In this document: piece by piece, positions 38,305-47,931 of the stretch
Layout: each line of letters starts with the position of its first letter
How positions within the stretch are numbered: position 1 is the stretch's first letter
Origin: an uncultured Gammaproteobacteria bacterium
GTDB lineage: Bacteria; Patescibacteriota; Microgenomatia; 2-02-FULL-39-11
Assembly: GCA_964354025.1 (NCBI GenBank)
Contig: CAYGXQ010000003.1
Location: 16,888 to 80,887 of the forward strand
Length of the DNA stretch: 64,000 bases
Direction of reading: 5' to 3'
The notes under the pieces: generated by a model
What the model was told of the DNA's origin: nothing
Databases searched by the model: none
The model's input: only the letters and a program-made list of their open reading frames with translations
Program-made: the position numbers and the translations under genes

Positions 38305-39285
38305 TTAACTTACAATGTTAAACAAGTAGCCGATGAGCATTATTCCCACAATTGTAATTCCGAAAAAGGTAAGGAGAAGCGGCCACTTCATCACTTTTTT
38401 CAAAATCAAAGCCTCCGGAAGGGATAGGGTGACGGTGGCCGTCATAAAAGCCAAAGCTGTACCCATGGGGATACCTTTTCCAACCAAGGCTTCGATGACA
38501 GGAATAACGCTGACGGAATTGGCGTAAAGGGGAACGCCCAGCAAAGTGGCGATCGGGATGGTATACCAACTCCGGATGGAGAGGTATTTGATGACTAAAT
38601 TTTCCGGGATAAACCCGTGGATGAGAGCTCCCAAAGCTACACCCAGGACAACATACGGGAAAACTTTTTTGGTGATATCCATCGCCTCCGATGACCAAAG
38701 TTTAACTAAATCTTTAAACGGGACAATTTCATTTTTGTATTTACCTTCAACCTGTTTTTTTGATTTGAACTTCAAAAATTCCGGCTGGATATATTTTTCC
38801 ATTTTGAGTCTTTGGATGAGCATCCCGCCCAAAATACTGATCCCGATGCCGACAAAGTTATAAAGGAGACTGATTTTCCAACCGAAGATGGCCGGAAAAA
38901 GATAAAGCGACGCTTCATTCACCAGAGGCGAACAGATGAGAAAAGTGAAGGTCACTCCCAGGGGGATGCCGGCGGATAAAAAACCGATGAAAAGGGGAAT
39001 GGAAGAGCAGGAACAAAAAGGAGTGATTACTCCCAAGAGGGCAGCCAGCAAATATTCCAGGCCATACCAGCGCCTTTTGGTCAGGATATCCCTTACTTTT
39101 TCGATGGGGAAGAAGTAGCGGATAATGGCCATGAGACAGTTGATGAGGATAAATAAAATCCCGATTTTGATGGTATCGTAGACGAAATAGTTGACCGCCT
39201 CGGCCAAATAGGTGTCCGCGGCAATTCCCAGCCATTGGGAGGTAACAATATCAGCTAATGTTTGAACCGGAGCAAATAAATCCAT
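38305..39285 (-). CDS. DUF318/ArsP-family permease
   Basis: TPFCSCSSIPLF motif and polytopic topology; partnered with a small thioredoxin-like gene. Confidence 0.65.
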   Translation of the reverse strand: MDLFAPVQTLADIVTSQWLGIAADTYLAEAVNYFVYDTIKIGILFILINCLMAIIRYFFPIEKVRDILTKRRWYGLEYLLAALLGVITPFCSCSSIPLFIGFLSAGIPLGVTFTFLICSPLVNEASLYLFPAIFGWKISLLYNFVGIGISILGGMLIQRLKMEKYIQPEFLKFKSKKQVEGKYKNEIVPFKDLVKLWSSEAMDITKKVFPYVVLGVALGALIHGFIPENLVIKYLSIRSWYTIPIATLLGVPLYANSVSVIPVIEALVGKGIPMGTALAFMTATVTLSLPEALILKKVMKWPLLLTFFGITIVGIMLIGYLFNIVS

Positions 39286-39288
39286 AGG

Positions 39289-39546
39289 TTATTTTTCTAC
39301 CAACACTTTCTGGATTTTCTCCTTTATTTTCTCAATATCAGGCGTAAATCCGGTCATGGCAATCCGGCCGTTGACCGAAAGGACAGGACTGCTCATGGCT
39401 CCCAGTTCAATAATTTTTTGCATGCCCTTATTTCCGGTCAGATATTCGACTTGAGTTCCCAGTTTCATTTCGGAGACGGCCTTTTGGGTCAGCTCGTAAA
39501 GGTTTTTACACGTTGGACAGCCTGAACCGAGCACCTGTATTTTCAT
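39289..39546 (-). CDS. Thioredoxin-family small protein (redox-active disulfide protein 2-like)
   Basis: GCPTC CxxC motif; 85 aa. Confidence 0.7.
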   Translation of the reverse strand: MKIQVLGSGCPTCKNLYELTQKAVSEMKLGTQVEYLTGNKGMQKIIELGAMSSPVLSVNGRIAMTGFTPDIEKIKEKIQKVLVEK

Positions 39547-39848
39547 ATTTTACCCGGCCGGAGCTTTTTAATCATTGGAAATATAAATTTCGATACGCTA
39601 ACAAGAACTAAAGATACAACAAAGTAAACTGCCGAGATAAATATTGCCATAACCAAAAGAAGGCGGGGTTGTTGGGGTTTTTTGAAATAATCGATCATGA
39701 CCACTATTGGTCTGTAGTAAGTAACGTATTCTCCATTGTTATACTGTTCTCGCAGTATTGGCAAACACAAAACGAGGAAGGTAAGCAAAACATTAAGCAG
39801 CCGGGGCTTTAAAAAATCTATTCTTTTCTCTACTTTCATTATCTTCAT
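39543..39848 (-). CDS. Small hypothetical 2-TM membrane protein
   Basis: ATGA overlap. Confidence 0.35.
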   Translation of the reverse strand: MKIMKVEKRIDFLKPRLLNVLLTFLVLCLPILREQYNNGEYVTYYRPIVVMIDYFKKPQQPRLLLVMAIFISAVYFVVSLVLVSVSKFIFPMIKKLRPGKI

Positions 39849-39987
39849 TTTACAATAATCAGTGGCTTCATGCCTTCCCTAAAGGACTTATTCTGCAACC
39901 AAATAATTGAGTTTGATTTTGATTTAAACAGCATTAAAATTCTATTTTCCGAACTTAAAATATCAATTGAAAATAATTTCACTTCTG

Positions 39988-40611
39988 CTATTTCTTTTCA
40001 CTAACAGCTTTCCATAATCGCATTATACCGTAACCAATTAGTAGACAGCCTACAATTCCATTTAAAAATTTAACTAATAAAATCGGAACCGCTTCCCTGA
40101 CAAGAGAAAATATAATTACGGAAGAGCCCATAAAAATAAATGTGGCTAAACCAGTTCCTATACCAAACAATAATAATTCTCTTTTAGAATAACCATATTC
40201 AACTGCTTTGGAGGTAATCAAACTGGTGAAGAAAACGATAGTCATTGGACTGGATATTGTTAATAAAAATACTGATGTGAAGCTTGTGATGATGCTGGAA
40301 CCCCCTGTCGTCACTGTGTTTGAAGCGTTTCCAATAATTGCTCCCTTTAGTATTAAATATCCGAATGCTGACAACACCAATGAACTGATTATCCCGAATA
40401 TCTTTTTGAACTTTTTGTGTTCAAGTAATTTTCCTATACCGAAAATTGCCAACGATATATACAGATAATCAACAGTGGTAACAGCAAATACACCCGCTAA
40501 ACCATCCAAAAATGTCTTCTGAAGTGCCAAATTAACGATAAAGAAAAAAACAGGTCCAATAGCCAATTGAAGTGTTAGTCCAGTTAATAGACCATTTTTA
40601 AGTTCTTTCAT
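39988..40611 (-). CDS. LysE/RhtB-family amino-acid exporter
   Basis: 6-TM, LTLQLAIGPV N-terminal motif. Confidence 0.55.
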   Translation of the reverse strand: MKELKNGLLTGLTLQLAIGPVFFFIVNLALQKTFLDGLAGVFAVTTVDYLYISLAIFGIGKLLEHKKFKKIFGIISSLVLSAFGYLILKGAIIGNASNTVTTGGSSIITSFTSVFLLTISSPMTIVFFTSLITSKAVEYGYSKRELLLFGIGTGLATFIFMGSSVIIFSLVREAVPILLVKFLNGIVGCLLIGYGIMRLWKAVSEKK

Positions 40612-40714
40612 AAATAACTCTATTGCTGAGTAAGTATTGCCAGTGTAGCTTTAACAGAAGAATTATCAGTATTTATTAGCTTCACCCTGCCTTTAAAACG
40701 ATTACGAAGCGGGG

Positions 40715-40885
40715 TCAAAAATTCATCTGCCATGAGGGAGTCAGTACAAATACCTCAGCAAAATCAACCACCACTTCCTCATTTTCCGGAATGTCCTTGA
40801 GCACCGGTTAAAAAGCTAATAATGCTTCTTTTTCTGAAGGACGGGAAACTAAGGTAGTGCCAAATTTTTTCAACTGTATAATCAT
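40715..40885 (-). pseudogene. Degraded MazE/PemI (AbrB-fold) antitoxin remnant with in-frame TAA
   Basis: MIIQLKKFGTTLVSRPSEKEALLAF*PVLKDIPENEEVVVDF resembles Kis/PemI N-terminal and C-terminal segments. Confidence 0.3.
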
Positions 40886-40969
40886 ATTACATCCTCTCTT
40901 TTATTTTAACTTATCAATCTCAACTTATACAGTCTGTAAAAGATCCTGGAAAAGAGATGGTAAAATTAG

Positions 40970-41248
40970 ATGATGGTTGCCAGATGGTCGGGGAAAGTGA
41001 CTAAAAATAGTATTGCTCTTGACCTGGAAGAGGGCGTTTTTACTTGGGATAATCCCCGTAAAATTGCCCAAAGTTTGAAACAATCAGCGCTAAACAGTAC
41101 CAGAAGAAAAACCAATTCCTTCCAATCCGCCATGAGTATGCTGATTTTTTACATCAACCGGGCCGGCAAGAATTTAAGACCCGAAAGAAGGAAAATCCTC
41201 AAGCAGGCTAAAATTGAATTGAGAAAGTTGAAAGATGACTCTTTTTAA
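40970..41248 (+). CDS. DUF3175-like small protein
   Basis: RWSGKVT...DLEEGVFT...SAMSMLIFYINRAGKNL pattern recalled for DUF3175. Confidence 0.5.
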   Translation: MMVARWSGKVTKNSIALDLEEGVFTWDNPRKIAQSLKQSALNSTRRKTNSFQSAMSMLIFYINRAGKNLRPERRKILKQAKIELRKLKDDSF

Positions 41249-41332
41249 ACAGTCTAGATAGAAAATGGTTTATACTCGTTGAGTTGAACGATTTTAGAAC
41301 TTTCAAATTTGTTTAAAATATAAAATAAAGTT

Positions 41333-41824
41333 CTAATTAATTGTAATAAACATCCTATTCAAATAACACGAATTTTCTTCTTTTTCATCATTAGGATATT
41401 TCAATAGGCATTCATTAACTATTTTTAGATCGTTGACCCTTGCTCGGTAACAAATATTAAGGTCGTGTACATATGTAGAATAAATTTTATCAACTTCTTC
41501 ACGTGCCATAAAACATGAACCATCACTCTTCATATTTAAATCACATAACCTTTTTTCAGCCTCAGCTTGTTTATTAGATACCGCACGATAACAATTATCA
41601 AAATTAGCTTCAGAAGGTTTGCTATATCTTGCTATGTATTTTGCTAAGATAGACATTCTATTGTTAAGGAAAAGCCAAACAACCAAGATGGATCCGATAA
41701 TAACAATTACCAGCACCAACAAAGTTATAAAAATAAATAATAACTTACGGATTTTAGATGGTATATTCATAAAACTATTATACCAATATCTAGAGTTAAA
41801 AATAGTGACTTGAGAAATGGTCAT
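41333..41824 (-). CDS. Hypothetical membrane-anchored Cys-rich protein
   Basis: TM plus 6 Cys. Confidence 0.4.
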   Translation of the reverse strand: MTISQVTIFNSRYWYNSFMNIPSKIRKLLFIFITLLVLVIVIIGSILVVWLFLNNRMSILAKYIARYSKPSEANFDNCYRAVSNKQAEAEKRLCDLNMKSDGSCFMAREEVDKIYSTYVHDLNICYRARVNDLKIVNECLLKYPNDEKEENSCYLNRMFITIN

Positions 41825-41990
41825 TATTTAGGATAACTGACTCGTCCGGCCCCGATGTGCTTATTCTTCTATGAATTCCAGCGGGTAGACTACTATTCCA
41901 TAAACGCTTCCCTACAAAGTCCTCTAGTTTCTCCAGCCGGATAGACAGCATATGAAAACAATACCACTATTTGAACGATTAGATGGTTTT

Positions 41991-42224
41991 TCATCTCTTT
42001 TTCCATCTGGGAAGTTTTGGCATCATTTCGTCGGCCATTTTTTGGGCTTCTTCTCTAGTTTTTCCCATCAGTTTCATGGCGGCTCCTATGCTTCCTTCCC
42101 TTACCTGTTCATATGTTTTCAGCGCTCCGGTTTCTTGGTCTTGGCAATAGATACAATATCTTCCATCAAACTTTGACGTTGTTTTCTCATCCAGCGGCAT
42201 TCCGCAACTTTCACATATTTTCAT
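41991..42224 (-). CDS. Zinc-ribbon domain small protein
   Basis: CESCGMPL...YCIYC. Confidence 0.55.
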   Translation of the reverse strand: MKICESCGMPLDEKTTSKFDGRYCIYCQDQETGALKTYEQVREGSIGAAMKLMGKTREEAQKMADEMMPKLPRWKKR

Positions 42225-42515
42225 CGTTTCACCTCCTTGTATATTATTCTAATCTTACTATTTTATCACAAAAAAAGGGGCGTCACGGCACTCCTTATTA
42301 TTTCTTTGCTTCCCCTAGTAGACATGTTCAGGAACAGGAAAGTTGAAATAGAAATCGACATTACTCAAATTAAAACAATTTACGAAAACTTTTGTTTATC
42401 ACAGTTTGCCTAATTTATTGAGTCGCTCCACCAAACGATTATCAAACAATCAAAATATCCTCCGATAAATAGATGTGGGTAATTAAGATAACAACATCGC
42501 CAATTATCCAAAAAA

Positions 42516-43994
42516 ATGTTAAAATCCAATTCAGCAATTATGTCAACGATCATGGAAAGTAAACAAGTTGAACTCGAAAATGTCGAAAATAAAACAATCT
42601 CAGGAAAGGAGCTTTCTAGCGATTTATGGGAAATAATCACTGCCTTCAGCAATGCAGACGGAGGATTAATTTCATTAGGAGTTGACCCGAAGGGTAACAG
42701 GCTTGGAGTAAACCCTGATTTCATAGACAAACTTCAAGCAGATGTGGTTACCCTTTGCGGTAGCGGTTTTAATCATCGGTTGTACCCCGGTATTAGTACC
42801 GATCAGGACAAAGTAATCAATATTTATATCCCACCAGCCCCAGCTCAATATCGCCCTATTTACTCAACTAGTAGAAATCTGCCCCGAGGAGCAAGAGTGC
42901 GTGTTGGAACATCTAATGTACAAGTCGACGATGAATGGATACGTCGCTTTGCGATTTCTGCAAGAGGAGGAGCTGAACTTATGCCTTTTAAAGAGAACTA
43001 TAAAAAATACTTCGACGAAGGTATCATCTCCAAATACTTGGATATTGTAATAAAAAAAAGAGGTCCTGTTTACACTGGGCTATCCATCGATGAAATTTTA
43101 ACAAAGTTAAGAGCAATTACTAATGAAAAAGAGATAACAATGTTCGGACTTTTAGCTTTTAGTAATGCCACAGGTCTACAAGAATTAACAGCACCTACTG
43201 TCAATATTGCAGTTACGCACTATGCGGGTACAAACAAAATTAATCCTGATGATATTGCTGAGGTTTCCTTAGATGACAGAGAATTTTCAGGGAACGTTGT
43301 AAACCAGTTCGAGGAATCATTAAAATTTATAGAATCCAAACTTCCAGCGAGAAGTAGAATTGATACGGAAGGTAAAAGAACAATCTACTTGGCAATACCA
43401 ACTTTGGCACTTAGGGAAACCTTAGCAAACGCAATTGTCCACAGAGATGACACAACTTTCAAAGGTAGAATACAAATTGATATATACAATGACAGGATTG
43501 AATTTGCTAACCCCGGACGTAGTTTAATTCCATTAGAACTGCTTGAAACCGCTCACCCAGAAACAAGAAATCCCCTACTAATGAGTTATATGAGGGACTT
43601 AAACATAACTGAACACAGAGGTAGGGGTATAAGAACAATAAAGGTTTCCCTAAAAGCTGCCGGTCTCGCAGAGCCTACTTTTGTTCACAAACATGATTGG
43701 TTTGTAGCAACAATTTTCAGCTCCGCTTTCATTAAAGACGCCGATCAAGCGTGGTTACAACAATTCCAAAATCAGAAGTTAAACGAACATCAATTTAATG
43801 CCCTCGTTCATGTTAAACATAACCCAAATGGAATCAGCAATTCTGAATACAGAAACCTAAACAATATGACAAACGTCAGAGACGACATCAGGGCTAAAAA
43901 GGAATTAGTTAAGTTAACGAAACTTGAACTATTCAACAAAGTTGGAGAAAAACGTTATCGTCGTTACATACTAAACCCAGAACTAACAGAATAA
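42516..43994 (+). CDS. AlbA_2 (divergent AAA / Schlafen-like) + HATPase_c_4 domain protein (putative ATP-dependent DNA-binding regulator); true start may be the ATG at 42552
   Basis: N-terminal ESKQVELE...ELSSDLWEIITAFSNADGGLISLGV; C-terminal LANAIVHRD...IQIDIYNDRIEFANPG. Confidence 0.65.
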   Translation: MLKSNSAIMSTIMESKQVELENVENKTISGKELSSDLWEIITAFSNADGGLISLGVDPKGNRLGVNPDFIDKLQADVVTLCGSGFNHRLYPGISTDQDKVINIYIPPAPAQYRPIYSTSRNLPRGARVRVGTSNVQVDDEWIRRFAISARGGAELMPFKENYKKYFDEGIISKYLDIVIKKRGPVYTGLSIDEILTKLRAITNEKEITMFGLLAFSNATGLQELTAPTVNIAVTHYAGTNKINPDDIAEVSLDDREFSGNVVNQFEESLKFIESKLPARSRIDTEGKRTIYLAIPTLALRETLANAIVHRDDTTFKGRIQIDIYNDRIEFANPGRSLIPLELLETAHPETRNPLLMSYMRDLNITEHRGRGIRTIKVSLKAAGLAEPTFVHKHDWFVATIFSSAFIKDADQAWLQQFQNQKLNEHQFNALVHVKHNPNGISNSEYRNLNNMTNVRDDIRAKKELVKLTKLELFNKVGEKRYRRYILNPELTE

Positions 43995-44101
43995 TTCTAT
44001 CGACCTTTCTATCGACCCCCTTTTTATGCGTGTAATACCACCAAATGCCCTACAACGTCTTTTAGTCTTCTATCGACCTTTCTATCGACCAACTATCGAC
44101 C
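43995..44101. repeat. Iteron-like direct repeats (5 copies of TATCGACC; 23-nt unit TTCTATCGACCTTTCTATCGACC twice)
   Basis: Seen in sequence immediately after the stop of 42516..43994. Confidence 0.55.
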
Positions 44102-44317
44102 ATATTAAAGAGTCCGATATGATGCGATAAAACCATTCGACACAATCTTAAATTATGCCGATGGTCAACTTTGGCTCGAGAAACGTAGTTTTAATATAAC
44201 CAAGCGATTCCTGCGTATTATAGAGATATTTCAGGACGCTAAGTTTGAGCAACAAAAGACTGGAGATCGAAAAAGTCAAACCCTCTCTTAATTCCTGCAT
44301 AAATTCACGAATAAATC

Positions 44318-44346
44318 TTGACTAATCTTATATAATCTTATATAGT
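44318..44346 (+). promoter_or_regulatory. Promoter TTGACT-N17-TATAGT embedded in palindrome TTGACTA(ATCTTATATA)x2 GTCAA upstream of Fic 44365
   Basis: Seen in sequence. Confidence 0.45.
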
Positions 44347-44364
44347 CAATATATAAGAAAACAT

Positions 44365-45411
44365 ATGAATAAACTAGATTCACGATTAAAAGACATTCAG
44401 ACGGACATCTGGAAAGATATTGCTGCAATTGACGAGTTAAAAGGCAGATGGACGGCTGGTGCCCATTTTCATCCGCAGGTTTTGACCCGGCTAAAACGCT
44501 CCGTTCTAATTACTTCTACGGGAGCATCCACAAGAATAGAAGGAGCAAAATTATCCGATGAGGATATTGAGAAACTGATGAGAGGCATATCAATTGAAAA
44601 ATTTGCTGATAGGGATAAACAGGAGGTAAAAGGATATTTTGAACTGCTGCAAAATGTCTTTAATTCATGGCCAAGTCAAATTTTTAATGAAAGCGCGATT
44701 AAACACTTCCACAAAGAAATGTTGAAGTATGTGGAAAAGGATAAACAGCATAGAGGTAATTATAAAACCATGGAAAACAAGGTGCACATGATAAATGAAA
44801 AAAGCCAATCAATCGGTATTCTATTTAATACAACACCTGCTTACCTGACGCCTATTTATATGCAGGAATTGGTTGAATGGACCGTAAAAGCTTTAAAAGA
44901 AAAGTCTTATCATCCTATCCTTACAATAGGAAATTTCCTTGTTGAATTTCTGCAAATCCATCCGTTTCAGGATGGAAACGGCAGAATATCACGAATCCTG
45001 ACAAACCTTCTTTTACTTAAAGAAGGTTATTTGTATATGCCTTATGTTTCTCATGAGAAATTGATTGAGGATAATAAACCAGATTATTACCTGGCTTTGC
45101 GAAACAGCCAAAAAACATTCAAGACAAAGATTGGCCCATGGCTGCAATTCTTTGTAAAAATCTTGCTTTTACAATCACAAATTGCCGTAGATTTGCTGAC
45201 TTCTGAAACAATAGAAAAAATATTATCGCCAATACAACTAAAAGTATGGAATTATTTTCTGAAAGTAAAACAGGCAGCTCCGCTTGATATATCCAAAAAC
45301 TCCAATGTTGCTAGACCTACGGTTAATCAAGTTCTCTCTAAACTTCTAAAACTCAAGAAAATAGAGCGGATTGGGTTAGGAAGAAGCACAAGATACCGCT
45401 TGATTAAATAA
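44365..45411 (+). CDS. Class II Fic family protein (intramolecular inhibitory helix, C-terminal wHTH)
   Basis: HPFQDGNGRISR Fic motif; STRIEG inhibitory motif. Confidence 0.85.
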   Translation: MNKLDSRLKDIQTDIWKDIAAIDELKGRWTAGAHFHPQVLTRLKRSVLITSTGASTRIEGAKLSDEDIEKLMRGISIEKFADRDKQEVKGYFELLQNVFNSWPSQIFNESAIKHFHKEMLKYVEKDKQHRGNYKTMENKVHMINEKSQSIGILFNTTPAYLTPIYMQELVEWTVKALKEKSYHPILTIGNFLVEFLQIHPFQDGNGRISRILTNLLLLKEGYLYMPYVSHEKLIEDNKPDYYLALRNSQKTFKTKIGPWLQFFVKILLLQSQIAVDLLTSETIEKILSPIQLKVWNYFLKVKQAAPLDISKNSNVARPTVNQVLSKLLKLKKIERIGLGRSTRYRLIK

Positions 45412-45494
45412 GAATTTGAATAAAAATTGGCTTGGTGCCTAAAATGTTAAGTTTATGTAACTGCTTAAAAATCCTATTTTAGTATAATTCAAAC

Positions 45495-46277
45495 ATGAAG
45501 CTCTTAAAATCGAGCAAGTGGAAATTAGCATTTAAGGTAACACCCTTTGTTGCCGTAATTATTCTTCTAAAACTGTTCGCCCATCAGTCAGGTTGGGAAT
45601 TTCTGACACTTAATACTCTTTTCGGGGCTATCATTTCGGCTAATGTATTTTTAGTGGGTTTCTTGATATCCGGAGTATTGGTTGACTATAAAGAGGCAGA
45701 AAAGATTCCGGGAGAGTTATCATGCAGTTTAGAAGTTTTAACCGATGAGTGCTATATCGTTTATAAAAACAAGAAAAGTAAGGCAGCCATAAACTTTATG
45801 AAAACCATTCATGATCTAACTGCATCAGTTATCAAGTGGCTGCATAAAAAAGAAAGAACGGAAACCGTGTTAAACAAAATCACTGGGTTAAACGACCACT
45901 TTTTGGCTCTTGAACCTCTGACACAAGCAAATTTTATCGTTCGCCTGAAAAACGAACAACACAATCTCAGAAGGCTTATCACGAGAATTCATACCATCAG
46001 GGAAACATCATTTAATCCGGCAGGTTATGCCATAGCTGAAATTATCTCGGTAATCTTGTGCATCGGCCTGATATTTACCAAAATAGACCCTTATTATGAA
46101 AGCGTCTTCTTTGTGGCTTTTGTTTCTTTTATCCTTATCTATATGGTGCTTCTTATCAGGGATTTGGATAATCCGTTCGGTTACTACGAAAAAGAAAATT
46201 ACGCTGACGAGGTGTCCTTAAAACCTCTATTTGATTTGGAAAAACGGATACCCCATGATTTGGATAAATTGAAGTAA
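45495..46277 (+). CDS. Hypothetical membrane protein
   Basis: TM helices. Confidence 0.4.
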   Translation: MKLLKSSKWKLAFKVTPFVAVIILLKLFAHQSGWEFLTLNTLFGAIISANVFLVGFLISGVLVDYKEAEKIPGELSCSLEVLTDECYIVYKNKKSKAAINFMKTIHDLTASVIKWLHKKERTETVLNKITGLNDHFLALEPLTQANFIVRLKNEQHNLRRLITRIHTIRETSFNPAGYAIAEIISVILCIGLIFTKIDPYYESVFFVAFVSFILIYMVLLIRDLDNPFGYYEKENYADEVSLKPLFDLEKRIPHDLDKLK

Positions 46278-46480
46278 AACCGTTGCCAACAGCTTCGTAC
46301 AACGCTCTATAATCGCTTTAAACATGCGATTTACCAAAACCTAATGATCAGATAAAGATATTGATACGAACTGTTACTGTATAAAGCTCCCTAATTAATT
46401 TGTAAAACTACTCTCAGTAAACAAACAGCCTATCGAGTTTCCCCGATAAGCTGTTTAATAATCCTTAAAGAAATAAAAGA

Positions 46481-47236
46481 TTATTTCTTTTTTCCTGCAT
46501 TTTCACCAGCTTGAGAATTGGGATTAAATGGTTTCTGTAAGCCTGGAGCTGTTAAAATACCTTTACTTTCTATTCCGCTCTTATATAATTGACAGGCTTT
46601 AGAATCAAGTAATACTGTTACCTTATTATTGAAGGGATCACAATCCACCTGATCTAGTACCCCGTCATTATCTGTATCAAGACTAATTTCATTTACCGAC
46701 ACAGCATCTAAGTACATACCAAATGAATCATCTGCTCCGGTTTCGGTAAATTCAAGGCGTATAACTCCTCCGGTACCCATTCTTGTTACAGTTTCATCTT
46801 TCCAGGCACTTTCACTTGTCCATGATGCTATATGAGTACCAATAGTCTCGTCTCCCCATTTTACAACCATCTGATTGTCCGGCATGTTGTGTCTTGGTAT
46901 CCAGGAATATTTGATTTCATATTTATACCCTAGTTTGGTAGGAATATCCTGATAGATTCTAGTCGGATGATAGGAATCTAACTCGGCATGCTGATTACCT
47001 TCACGGGATATTTGATCAAAGTTGTCTTGGATTTCAAGTAACCCTGTACCATAAGGATCCGGTCTAAGATAGTCAACACTCCACCCAAGGCCTACTGTAC
47101 CAGTTGGAAAAGTATCATACATGTAAACAACGGGCGTTTCAAAACCACCATTAATAACTAGTTCGGCTGCAGAAACGTTGGTGGCAAATACGAAAACTAA
47201 CATTAAACCACCCAAAATTGATAATATTTTATTCAT
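46481..47236 (-). CDS. Secreted protein with jelly-roll-like domain and Ca-binding DTDNDGVLD repeat
   Basis: Signal peptide; ELVINGGFE...GW pattern. Confidence 0.4.
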   Translation of the reverse strand: MNKILSILGGLMLVFVFATNVSAAELVINGGFETPVVYMYDTFPTGTVGLGWSVDYLRPDPYGTGLLEIQDNFDQISREGNQHAELDSYHPTRIYQDIPTKLGYKYEIKYSWIPRHNMPDNQMVVKWGDETIGTHIASWTSESAWKDETVTRMGTGGVIRLEFTETGADDSFGMYLDAVSVNEISLDTDNDGVLDQVDCDPFNNKVTVLLDSKACQLYKSGIESKGILTAPGLQKPFNPNSQAGENAGKKK

Positions 47237-47275
47237 TTATTTCACCTCCTTCCTTTTTCATCCTACTTTTTGCAT

Positions 47276-47310
47276 AAAAAAACCACGACTTTCGTTGTGG
47301 TTTATTTTTA
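47276..47310. terminator. Bidirectional rho-independent terminator (A-run, CCACGAC-TTTC-GTTGTGG, T-run) downstream of tRNA-Asn
   Basis: Hairpin and flanking runs seen in sequence. Confidence 0.55.
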
Positions 47311-47428
47311 TACTGCCCTGTAATATGAATTTTTCATATACTAAAAGGCAGTAGGAATTATATTGTAAGTATAGCTTTTTATTATCAGAACGTCATGTGC
47401 ATGATTAGTGTTCCCTATTAACTAATTG

Positions 47429-47696
47429 CTCCCCCGGGAGGATTCGAACCTCCAACCTTCTTCTTACAAGTAACCTTTCGTTACCGAAAGACTTGGACTA
47501 TCTTATTCCCGATAATATCGGGATCGGGTATATAGTCTCTACACATTTATGATGCGCCGACTGGCGCGTCAATTTAGCTCGGGATAACCCCGATTCAATC
47601 GGGGGTCCCCCGAATTAGCCCGATTTTCCATCCCGATTTTCATCGGGACGCTGCCTTTTTCGACAGGAAGCCGCTCTACCATTGAGCTACAGGGGA
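47429..47696 (-). tRNA. tRNA-Asn(GUU) split by a group I intron; exons 47663-47696 and 47429-47466
   Basis: Spliced product UCCCCUGUAGCUCAAUGGUAGAGCGGCUUCCUGUUAAGAAGAAGGUUGGAGGUUCGAAUCCUCCCGGGGGAG folds as a canonical 72-nt cloverleaf and resembles E. coli tRNA-Asn (U1-A72, G73, loop CUGUUAA). Confidence 0.75.
47467..47662 (-). ncRNA. Group I (IC3-like) self-splicing intron, 196 nt, no ORF
   Basis: Follows exon U35 and ends in G. P1 pairs exon CUGU with intron GCAG; P2 is UCCCGAU-GAAA-AUCGGGA. The GUGUAGAGACUA...AAGAUAGUCC core resembles the Azoarcus tRNA-Ile and Anabaena tRNA-Leu introns. Confidence 0.65.
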
Positions 47697-47931
47697 ACGT
47701 AAGATTCGCCTTTGGCGAATCAACGTTCCACAACGTTTATCCCGATTAATCGGGATATTACGTTGGGAATATTAACGTACGATTGGCATTTTATCATCAA
47801 ATAGAGCATAAATCCACCCCATTATCTGCCGTTGTACATCTGCCTAACTAAATCTGATGGCAAACACTCCATATGGATGAATATTTTTCGGTATTTCCTA
47901 TATGGAGAGTAAGAATAAACAGTATTGAAAC

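Noticed and set aside
42516-42551. Choice of start codon for the AlbA_2/HATPase_c_4 gene
   Set aside because: Kept the track coordinates, but ATG at 42552 (MESKQVE...) fits the family N-terminus better; unresolved without alignment.
47700-47930. Possible second tRNA or integrase gene next to tRNA-Asn
   Set aside because: Only short hairpins (ATTCGCC/GGCGAAT, CCCGATT/AATCGGG) and no ORF with integrase motifs. No integrase gene was recognised anywhere in the window.
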